From a virus, in IMG/VR virus record IMGVR_UViG_3300031566_000252, positions 1 to 30,260 of that record: DNA of 30,260 nucleotides. One strand, written 5' to 3'. Each line of letters starts with the position of its first letter. Position 1 is the stretch's first letter. Of this stretch, positions 7,619 to 14,070 are shown piece by piece. The translations under genes were made by a program, and so were the position numbers. The notes below the pieces were generated by a model. That model had not been told where the DNA came from, made no database searches, and saw only the letters and a list, made by a program, of their open reading frames with translations.

Positions 7619-7874
7619 TTTCCTGCTTCTTTATAAGTTCTAATTCAAATTCCAAATGGTCTATTGCTTTCTGTATGTCTTGTGCCTTTGGATTGTTAGC
7701 TTTCTTACCTGCTCTTAACAAGTAGGTAACTGCCGTTCCCACATTATAAGTTAAAAGAAAGTCATCTATAACCTCGTTGGCTTTGATGCCCTTAAAGATA
7801 CCTTTGTAATAGTTAGGAGTATCTTTTTCTTCTAATCCATTTCTAGTATAATCGTAGTAGTATTTACTTTGCAT
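7611..7874 (-). CDS. DUF3310-like phage protein
   Basis: 87 aa. The motif VGTAVTYLLRAGKK...KAIDHL resembles the DUF3310 family (GNAxKYxxRxGxK). Confidence 0.5.
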   Translation of the reverse strand: MQSKYYYDYTRNGLEEKDTPNYYKGIFKGIKANEVIDDFLLTYNVGTAVTYLLRAGKKANNPKAQDIQKAIDHLEFELELIKKQENV

Positions 7875-8088
7875 CTTTTTTCTTCTTTTTAGGTTTATCC
7901 ATTTCCTTTTTAAAGTATTGAAACATAGTACCTAAACAACTAGAGCAATTTGTACCATACTTGTAATTCGTTCTATGAATTTCATTATACAATTTTATCA
8001 TTCTAGTTTTGAAATGATGCGATTGAGCAACACCTGTTTTGATACCCTCCCAAATTTCTTTAAATTCTGTTTTTTGTTCTTTATTCAT
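7864..8088 (-). CDS. Hypothetical protein (74 aa from ATG 8088), Lys-rich C-terminus
   Basis: The internal ATG (MNKEQKTEF...) sits 2 nt after the stop of the upstream gene. The track start at 8154 would overlap that gene by 65 nt. Confidence 0.6.
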   Translation of the reverse strand: MNKEQKTEFKEIWEGIKTGVAQSHHFKTRMIKLYNEIHRTNYKYGTNCSSCLGTMFQYFKKEMDKPKKKKKDAK

Positions 8089-8089
8089 T

Positions 8090-8323
8090 TTACCATTTTT
8101 TAATTGGACATTCTTCTGTTTTCCAAGCTGCCTTTGTTTCCACAGGGCAACCACATTTGTTACATTCTTTATCTTTATGGTCTAACCATTCACAACGACT
8201 GCAAGTATGCACTCTATCATAATAGGTTTGACTATCTACATTCTCGAAACCTCCTAACACTCTTTTACTAACTGCTTTCAGGTAGTTATAAGATTTAAGC
8301 ATTGCACTAGCTTTCTTTGTCAT
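8090..8323 (-). CDS. Hypothetical Cys-rich (zinc-ribbon-like) protein
   Basis: 77 aa with CSRCEW...ECNKCGC...EC cysteine pairs. Confidence 0.65.
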   Translation of the reverse strand: MTKKASAMLKSYNYLKAVSKRVLGGFENVDSQTYYDRVHTCSRCEWLDHKDKECNKCGCPVETKAAWKTEECPIKKW

Positions 8324-8531
8324 CTGTCTTTTTTAATTTTAGTATACCAAAAGGTTTAGCATCTTTAGAATAAATTATATCTACATCTTCAAACTCTATT
8401 GTATTCAAATCTATTAGATATTCTAATTCATTATCTTTATTGTAAAATTCTATCACTGGAATATTGTAATCACAGTAATCTATCAATTCAGCTAGTTTCA
8501 TTAATTGTTTTTCTAATTTTATTTTTGACAT
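8307..8531 (-). CDS. Hypothetical protein (74 aa)
   Basis: Minus-strand ORF with an acidic product. Overlaps the 3' end of the sigma-like gene. Confidence 0.55.
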   Translation of the reverse strand: MSKIKLEKQLMKLAELIDYCDYNIPVIEFYNKDNELEYLIDLNTIEFEDVDIIYSKDAKPFGILKLKKTDDKES

Positions 8532-9003
8532 TCTTAATTGTATAGAATATACTTCTACGGCTGATGCCTGTTTTTTCTGCTAAAGTTGTGTAGGTATATT
8601 TACTTCCATTGTTATCTCCAAAGTAATAAAGTTTGAAAAGTTCTCTATCATACCAATAAAAATTATCTAATTCATTCATAATCAAATGGATAGATTTTTC
8701 ATTTGTATTATCATTAGTAAATATAAAAGTATCTAAATTAGTGTCTTGGTCGTCTATATGTTGTTGATTGTATTTTTTAATCTTATAGTAATACCTACTA
8801 GTTTTAGAATGATACATCAAACTCATTATCCTTGCACCAAAAAAAAAGAGTTCACCTTTTTGTCTGATGGACTCTAAATCTTCTTTAGGATATTGATACA
8901 TTGCTACAAAGCATTCGTGAAGCAAGTCTTCTGCATAACTTGTTTTACAGATATTCTGTGCTATGTTTAATAGCTTATCGTACTCTCCTTGTGTCAAATT
9001 CAT
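8488..9003 (-). CDS. Sigma-70 family (ECF-like) RNA polymerase sigma factor
   Basis: 171 aa from ATG 9003. Region-2-like DLLHECFVAMY and region-4.2-like HTH YTTLAEKTGISRRSIFYTIKNVKNKIRK. Confidence 0.6.
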   Translation of the reverse strand: MNLTQGEYDKLLNIAQNICKTSYAEDLLHECFVAMYQYPKEDLESIRQKGELFFFGARIMSLMYHSKTSRYYYKIKKYNQQHIDDQDTNLDTFIFTNDNTNEKSIHLIMNELDNFYWYDRELFKLYYFGDNNGSKYTYTTLAEKTGISRRSIFYTIKNVKNKIRKTINETS

Positions 9004-9062
9004 GCACAAGAATATAAAATAAACAAATAATTTGAAAACTATTTATTGTAAACTTATGAACA

Positions 9063-9449
9063 TCAGCCTGTTAGCACTTTTACTCTCTCCTTATAGTCTT
9101 TTATCATTACCTCTATATCAAACCTACTAAACTTAACTGTAAGTCCTGACAAGTGTTGCATCTTGTTTGCTACTTTAGAGCCAAGTGCCTGACTAAATTT
9201 AAACTGCTCTCCTTGTGAAAACATATTACATTTAACGCATTGAGGTTTAACATTACTTTCGTGCCATCTGGTAGCAGTATGTCGCCTAGACATAAAGTGC
9301 CCTGCGTGGACTTCTTTCCAATGTTTCCTGCTACCACAGGTAAAGCAAGTACACATACCATACTCATCTGAATTTGATATGCGTACCCACAAACTAAACC
9401 ATTTGTCTAGTTCCTTTCTTAATTTAGCTACTGATTTTTCTTTTGCCAT
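9063..9449 (-). CDS. ninG: NinG/Rap-family recombination endonuclease-like protein
   Basis: 128 aa. The pattern CFTCGS...HAGHFMSRRH...RWHESNVKPQCVKCN matches the lambda NinG family Cys/His arrangement. Confidence 0.7.
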   Translation of the reverse strand: MAKEKSVAKLRKELDKWFSLWVRISNSDEYGMCTCFTCGSRKHWKEVHAGHFMSRRHTATRWHESNVKPQCVKCNMFSQGEQFKFSQALGSKVANKMQHLSGLTVKFSRFDIEVMIKDYKERVKVLTG

Positions 9450-9553
9450 TCATCAAATTCTTTTTGTCGTTTTTCTAATCTATAATCAAAATACATATCC
9501 AATAAAATATAAGATGCCATCATCAATAGTATTACTGCGTATAAGTATTTCAT
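9428..9553 (-). CDS. Possible 41-aa single-pass membrane micro-protein (absent from the ORF track)
   Basis: Hand translation: MKYLYAVILLMMASYILLDMYFDYRLEKRQKEFDEWQKKNQ. Its ATG forms an ATGA overlap with the stop of 9550..9765, and it fills an otherwise 100-nt gap. Confidence 0.4.
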   Translation of the reverse strand: MKYLYAVILLMMASYILLDMYFDYRLEKRQKEFDEWQKKNQ

Positions 9554-9765
9554 TTTACTAATGTGTATTTTGCAAAAGATACCTTTTCTCCAAATCTATT
9601 TCTGCTTTTTACTATATCAGTTTTTATATCATATCCCTCATCTTTAAGGTCATAAATAACTGCTGCTAATCTCATTATGGAGTATTCTTTTAACGCATCT
9701 AACGGATTAATACTTCCAATTGATTTCAAGTGTCTTAACACTTTTTGTTTCTGATTTAATTTCAT
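9550..9765 (-). CDS. Small winged-helix/HTH DNA-binding protein (HTH_39-like)
   Basis: 71 aa. LKSIGSINPLDALKEYSIMRLAAVIYDLKDEGYDI resembles the short phage HTH family with the RLAARIxELR motif. Confidence 0.55.
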   Translation of the reverse strand: MKLNQKQKVLRHLKSIGSINPLDALKEYSIMRLAAVIYDLKDEGYDIKTDIVKSRNRFGEKVSFAKYTLVK

Positions 9766-9777
9766 ATCTACTTTTTT

Positions 9778-10041
9778 TTATTTGATTACATTGTTTAGCC
9801 AAGATTTTAACTTACCTACTGCGTGATTCATCCAAGTTGCATTAAAGGTTTGTATTAAATCTAAAGTTGGTATCTCAACAATAACAGTTTTGCTAACGTG
9901 AGTTCTACCTAATTCATCTACAATTATTGGTACTTCTAATTGCATATGTGTTGTGTTGCCATCAACTGCTATACTTGAAATTTCTTTTACCGAACAATAG
10001 ATATGTTTGGCATCTTCACTTTTTTTACTTAATCTAGTCAT
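9778..10041 (-). CDS. Hypothetical protein (87 aa)
   Basis: Minus-strand ORF with an ATGA overlap to the upstream gene. Confidence 0.65.
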   Translation of the reverse strand: MTRLSKKSEDAKHIYCSVKEISSIAVDGNTTHMQLEVPIIVDELGRTHVSKTVIVEIPTLDLIQTFNATWMNHAVGKLKSWLNNVIK

Positions 10042-10439
10042 TTTAATAATTTTGCTTGGTTAATAGTTAAACTTATTTGCTTTTGAGACCTTTGGTATCT
10101 ATCCCACATTGTTAATTGATTTGTCTGTCTTAATAATGCTTCTGATGTCTTATGTTTTTTAAGCCACACACTCCATTGTCTGACATTCAAGAAACAACTA
10201 CTACCATCAGTACCATCTCTAACTCCTGATTCAAATACATAACTAACTTCTTCCATAGTCATACCTCCGTAGTAATGGATAAGGTCGTTGTATAAGAGCC
10301 TAGAGTTCAATTTTATTTGCTTATCATCAGGCTTCTGTCCTAATTCAATATAAGTTTTAGTCATTAGATTATAGACATCTAATTTCAAAGAACTAATATC
10401 ATTCCTTTTTATTCTAGAAAATATCTTTTCCGTTTGCAT
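10038..10439 (-). CDS. Hypothetical protein (133 aa), replication-module neighbour
   Basis: Minus-strand ORF overlapping the 3' end of the initiator gene. I recognised no motif. Confidence 0.7.
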   Translation of the reverse strand: MQTEKIFSRIKRNDISSLKLDVYNLMTKTYIELGQKPDDKQIKLNSRLLYNDLIHYYGGMTMEEVSYVFESGVRDGTDGSSCFLNVRQWSVWLKKHKTSEALLRQTNQLTMWDRYQRSQKQISLTINQAKLLK

Positions 10440-11070
10440 ATTCCTGTATTGTCTTATTATAATCTGTTAATACTGTTTCTACACTAGACTTCTTTTTATC
10501 ATTGAAACCATTTTTCATCCACCTCTGCATTCTCCTTTTGACATCAAAGGTACTTTGCTTTTCAAACTTCATTTTTTTACCTGTAGGACTTTTTTCTGTC
10601 CAATAGTCTATAAAGTTATCTAATTCAGTAAAACCTAATTCAGAAGCTATACTTTCCCATTCTAATAAATAATAAGTATTTTCTTTTTTAAGTATCTTAT
10701 TATCATTAGTACTTACTAGTACCTGATTTTCTAAATTAAGGTTTTCCATACTAAGGTTTTCCATATTAAGGTTTTCTAATATAGGTGTTTCACTTACAAT
10801 ATAATGTACTCCTTGCAACTTACCTTTAATCCTTTGTCGTTCCCTTTTAACATATCCATTATCCTCTAATTCCTTTATGGCAGAATAAATAGCAGTTATG
10901 CCGTCCTTATGCCTAGTAGCTAATTCCGTAGCATAGACACTCCAATCGTTCGGTAATGATAATAGATAAGCCAACAAGCCTTTTCCTTTAAGAGACAAGC
11001 TCTTATCACGTAAGAACACATTACTAATGACTGTATAGTTCTCATTCTTCTTAACTGTTATTTTCTCCAT
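10414..11070 (-). CDS. Winged-helix replication initiator / replisome-organizer-like protein
   Basis: 218 aa. N-terminal YTVISNVFLRDKSLSLKGKGLLAYLLSLPNDW...AIKELEDNGYVKRE is typical of phage/plasmid wHTH initiators. A central pentapeptide repeat, ENLNMENLSMENLNLEN, is encoded by 15-bp iterons. Confidence 0.65.
   Translation of the reverse strand: MEKITVKKNENYTVISNVFLRDKSLSLKGKGLLAYLLSLPNDWSVYATELATRHKDGITAIYSAIKELEDNGYVKRERQRIKGKLQGVHYIVSETPILENLNMENLSMENLNLENQVLVSTNDNKILKKENTYYLLEWESIASELGFTELDNFIDYWTEKSPTGKKMKFEKQSTFDVKRRMQRWMKNGFNDKKKSSVETVLTDYNKTIQEYANGKDIF
10721..10780. repeat. Tandem 15-bp repeats (3 good copies plus 1 degenerate) inside the initiator gene; candidate origin iterons
   Basis: TTAAGGTTTTCCATA (10736..10750), CTAAGGTTTTCCATA (10751..10765), TTAAGGTTTTCTAAT (10766..10780), and degenerate ACCTGATTTTCTAAA (10721..10735). 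Confidence 0.85.
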
Positions 11071-11497
11071 TACTCATTGCGTTAAATTCATTATTCAGCA
11101 TATTCTTTTTTCTATTCAAACTTGCTATCTTTTCATCTATATCATTCAACTCTAATAAAACACCTAAAGGATTATCTTCGTATACATAATCTAAAGACTT
11201 CCAATATTCCTCTTTAACTTTGTTATACAATTTATTGTATTGAGGATAAACTCTAGCATCTGACATATATCTTTCGTGTTCCTTTTCATAGAAATATAAA
11301 GATGTTCTATGCCTATCTATATATTTTGATAAACTTGCATAACCTATTTCTATATCCACTAGCATAAAGGAACAAAATACTTGCCTTGCTCTACAATAGT
11401 CAGGAGTTCTTCTTCTGCTATCTATTGCACCCATTGGTAAATCAGCTTCTTTTTCTACCAAGTACTTTAATGTTCTAACTTTACTATTATAGTCCAT
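11051..11497 (-). CDS. DnaA C-terminal domain-like HTH DNA-binding protein
   Basis: 148 aa. SRRRTPDYCRARQVFCSFMLV...SLSKYIDRHRTSLYFYEKE resembles DnaA domain IV (Bac_DnaA_C). Confidence 0.55.
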   Translation of the reverse strand: MDYNSKVRTLKYLVEKEADLPMGAIDSRRRTPDYCRARQVFCSFMLVDIEIGYASLSKYIDRHRTSLYFYEKEHERYMSDARVYPQYNKLYNKVKEEYWKSLDYVYEDNPLGVLLELNDIDEKIASLNRKKNMLNNEFNAMSNGENNS

Positions 11498-11879
11498 ATT
11501 CTTCTTCTATTTCTTCAATTATTAAATTAATATCTTCTTGGTCTAAATTTCTATTCCATCTTTCATTAAGAGTAGAACTAGAATACAATACCACTTCTCC
11601 ATATATGTATGCTAACATATTTGCTACATTTTCAGGACTACTAATATCGGTATAGGTTTCTCCAAAATGGTCTTTTTCATATTCCTGTATCTCTCCTATT
11701 GCATCAAATACTGACATATGACTTTCAATCCATTTTTTAGCTTTGTAATATCCTATAATAAAATAATCTTCATTCCATAAATAATGGTGTAAATCACTAG
11801 CATCATTATCTAATCCTATTCCATCTTGTAGTTTGCTTACTGTTTCTTCGGCAATTTCTACTAATATATTTCTATTCAT
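11487..11879 (-). CDS. Hypothetical acidic protein (130 aa)
   Basis: Minus-strand ORF preceded by the SD-like cassette TAGGAAATTATG. Confidence 0.75.
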   Translation of the reverse strand: MNRNILVEIAEETVSKLQDGIGLDNDASDLHHYLWNEDYFIIGYYKAKKWIESHMSVFDAIGEIQEYEKDHFGETYTDISSPENVANMLAYIYGEVVLYSSSTLNERWNRNLDQEDINLIIEEIEEEYGL

Positions 11880-11885
11880 AATTTC

Positions 11886-12071
11886 CTATTTTAATTTGTT
11901 ATCATCTTGTTTTAATACCTCATACATATCAGGGTCTAATTCTTTTATTTGCTTATAAATCTTTCTAGCTTCTGCTTTTGCTTTCTCGGTTACACTCTTA
12001 GGTATATCCGTTCCAGTCGCTTCATTTATTATCAAATGAGCCTTATGTAATAATTTGTCTACTTCGTTCAT
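11886..12071 (-). CDS. Hypothetical protein (61 aa)
   Basis: Minus-strand ORF packed tightly between its neighbours. Confidence 0.6.
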   Translation of the reverse strand: MNEVDKLLHKAHLIINEATGTDIPKSVTEKAKAEARKIYKQIKELDPDMYEVLKQDDNKLK

Positions 12072-12075
12072 AATA

Positions 12076-12312
12076 TTAATAGTCTTCGTTATCTAGTTCA
12101 GAGTAATGGTCTTTCATTTTCTCATCATATTCGTATTGCTCTATCAAATCATAATCCCAACTTGTATCTCCACATTCAGAACAATAATAAATCTTGTCAT
12201 CGTGTGCTAAACTTTCTTTTACTTCTTCTTCGCTACCACAACAAGAGGTAACCAAGTCGCTATCCCTCCCCTCGTCGAAAGGATTGGATAGCTTATATTG
12301 GTCATAGTTCAT
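12076..12312 (-). CDS. Hypothetical Cys-containing acidic protein (78 aa from ATG 12312)
   Basis: The ATG at 12312 lies 1 nt after the upstream stop (12314). Contains SCCGS...CSECG cysteine pairs. Confidence 0.6.
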   Translation of the reverse strand: MNYDQYKLSNPFDEGRDSDLVTSCCGSEEEVKESLAHDDKIYYCSECGDTSWDYDLIEQYEYDEKMKDHYSELDNEDY

Positions 12313-12313
12313 A

Positions 12314-12637
12314 TTAAAAAGGTAAACCATTATGTTCTTCTTCTTGAACTACTTCTTGTCCTACTTTTTGCATCTTCCATACATCAGCACTAGTATAATA
12401 GTTGCCTTTGTATTCTCGACTACTTAAATTGAACAATACCTCAATGTCATCTCCTACATTGAAGCCGATTAACATATCAACCTTTTCTTGTCCGAAAAGA
12501 TTAAAACATATTTCAGGATTAAATTTAGCACCATTGTCTAATACAAAGGATTGCTTTACCCATTCCTTACCTGCTTTTGAAACACCTTTTTGTGCATCTA
12601 ATACTTTGGCTAACTTGCCTTTCATTTCTAAATTCAT
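12314..12637 (-). CDS. DUF3127-like OB-fold protein with an SSB-type C-terminal tail (putative ssDNA-binding protein)
   Basis: 107 aa. MKGKLAKVLDAQKGVSKAGKEWVKQSFVLD...SREYKGNYYT matches the Bacteroidota DUF3127 pattern. An acidic tail ends in LPF, like the bacterial SSB DDDIPF tip. Confidence 0.6.
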   Translation of the reverse strand: MNLEMKGKLAKVLDAQKGVSKAGKEWVKQSFVLDNGAKFNPEICFNLFGQEKVDMLIGFNVGDDIEVLFNLSSREYKGNYYTSADVWKMQKVGQEVVQEEEHNGLPF

Positions 12638-12655
12638 AATAATTAATTTGATTGG

Positions 12656-13045
12656 TTACTTTTTAAAACTTTCTGATTCATCTTCTGCAAATACTCCAAG
12701 AGCATAAAGTCCTGCCAACTTAAGTACGGCTCTACTCATTGCTCTTTTCTCTGCCATTTCCATTACATACCACGTATTGGTATTGCCATCTTTGAAACTT
12801 GCACCCTTTAAGGCACTTCCAAAGGTTTCTATGTAATTAGCATCGTGTATGGAAGCCTTTGCCTTAACTACTGCAAATTCAGGCTTACAACTAATAACTT
12901 CATATTCAATACTAATATCAAAACCTGCTTGAAGTTTATCTACACCACTCCTTGTGATGATTGTGTAATGCTGATGTTGAAATACATCTTCTGCTACCAA
13001 GCCATTATCCTTAAATAACTTGTTCATTGTTTCTTTTCTTGTCAT
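12656..13045 (-). CDS. Possible Rad52/Sak-like single-strand annealing protein
   Basis: 129 aa. FGSALKG...MEMAEKRAMSRAVLKLAG is reminiscent of the Rad52/Sak motif GxG...A.EKA.KxAxTDxLKRAxxxFG. Adjacent to the SSB-like gene. Confidence 0.35.
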   Translation of the reverse strand: MTRKETMNKLFKDNGLVAEDVFQHQHYTIITRSGVDKLQAGFDISIEYEVISCKPEFAVVKAKASIHDANYIETFGSALKGASFKDGNTNTWYVMEMAEKRAMSRAVLKLAGLYALGVFAEDESESFKK

Positions 13046-13125
13046 TAGATAAATAAAATTAAAATTGGTAAAAATACTATTATCACTCCTGCGATAAGTT
13101 CTAGTGCCGTGTCTTCTCTTTCCAT
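13045..13125 (-). CDS. Possible 26-aa hydrophobic micro-peptide (absent from the ORF track)
   Basis: Hand translation: MEREDTALELIAGVIIVFLPILILFI. It has TAATG stop/start overlaps with both flanking genes and fills the 79-nt gap exactly. Confidence 0.35.
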   Translation of the reverse strand: MEREDTALELIAGVIIVFLPILILFI

Positions 13126-13403
13126 TATTTGTATAGTTTTATGATACCATAGACACTATCTAACTGCTCAATAGCAAATTGATACTTCTCTATACAACTC
13201 TGACAATAATTAACCATATGGTCGATACCATCATTCTTAAATTTAACGATTTCATTTTCTTGCATATCAATCAATTCTTCGAGTCCTGATTTTCTGCTTT
13301 CTATGGTGTACATCACATCTCCTAGTTTGACACTTTCTACCATTTTTTCTTTTTCCATAAACTGCTCTCGCAATTCCATAAAATACTTTTTGCTTAATCC
13401 CAT
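13125..13403 (-). CDS. Hypothetical protein (92 aa)
   Basis: Minus-strand ORF preceded by TAGAAATTATG. Preferred over the overlapping alternative-frame ORF 13267..13458. Confidence 0.7.
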   Translation of the reverse strand: MGLSKKYFMELREQFMEKEKMVESVKLGDVMYTIESRKSGLEELIDMQENEIVKFKNDGIDHMVNYCQSCIEKYQFAIEQLDSVYGIIKLYK

Positions 13404-13408
13404 AATTT

Positions 13409-13651
13409 CTATTTTTTATATAATTTTTTAACCATTGAGCAATTACTACCAATACCAACCTGCTCGTAATGTCGGTATCTATTAATCCCTATCATAACTA
13501 GATTAGGATATTCTTTCTCGAAAATTATCATTGCGTGATTAACATCATCTGCTTCTATAACTTTGATAATATCGTCGTGTCTATTAAGATGCTTCAAGTC
13601 CATCTTAACACCATTCTTATCTCTTTCTGAATAATAACAATTGTAAATCAT
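13409..13651 (-). CDS. Hypothetical protein (80 aa); first gene after the strong terminator
   Basis: Minus-strand ORF preceded by AAAAAAATAGGAAATTATG. Confidence 0.7.
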   Translation of the reverse strand: MIYNCYYSERDKNGVKMDLKHLNRHDDIIKVIEADDVNHAMIIFEKEYPNLVMIGINRYRHYEQVGIGSNCSMVKKLYKK

Positions 13652-13696
13652 AATTTCCTATTTTTTTATAAATCTATGTAATTGATTTCTTACCAC

Positions 13697-13724
13697 CAAA
13701 AGCCCGAGCCGTTAAGCTCGAGCC
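13697..13724 (-). terminator. Rho-independent terminator (minus strand)
   Basis: On the minus strand, GCUCGAGC-UUAACG-GCUCGGGC forms an 8-bp GC-rich stem with one G-U pair, followed by UUUU. It lies 18 nt downstream of the stop at 13742 and stands out in an AT-rich genome. Confidence 0.75.
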
Positions 13725-13741
13725 GTTGAGGTTGGTTAATT

Positions 13742-13999
13742 TTATAAATCGTAAGTTCTAATTCTCATATCATAAGGACTACAAACCTTTTGAATTTTTT
13801 CTAATAAATCATTTCCGTTAGAATTGGTACTTGTAGAATAAAACATCCAACCATAATAAAAATCTTTTTCCATACCTAATTTTTTAGCTTCTCTCCAACC
13901 CATACTAGATGGTTTCATAATACCTATCCAAAGAGCATCTAAATAAGTTCCTTTGTGGTTTTCAACTATTTTATCTAATTCTAATTTTAAATCTTCCAT
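13742..13999 (-). CDS. Hypothetical protein (85 aa), an apparently monocistronic unit
   Basis: Minus-strand ORF with a 152-nt non-coding region upstream and a strong terminator downstream. Confidence 0.75.
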   Translation of the reverse strand: MEDLKLELDKIVENHKGTYLDALWIGIMKPSSMGWREAKKLGMEKDFYYGWMFYSTSTNSNGNDLLEKIQKVCSPYDMRIRTYDL

Positions 14000-14070
14000 T
14001 TTCCTATTTTTTAATAATTAATATACCACGAATATATAGACATCATATCAGTCTAACAAGAAAAAGTATA

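Noticed and set aside
9170-9367. 65-aa minus-strand ORF nested inside the NinG-like gene.
   Set aside because: It is entirely contained in an alternative frame of a gene with a clear family signature, and it has no independent start context.
13267-13458. Minus-strand alternative-frame ORF (63 aa, very Arg/Lys-rich) spanning the junction of two genes.
   Set aside because: It overlaps both 13125..13403 and 13409..13651 out of frame. The two flanking ORFs have the conserved SD-like cassette and tile the region cleanly.
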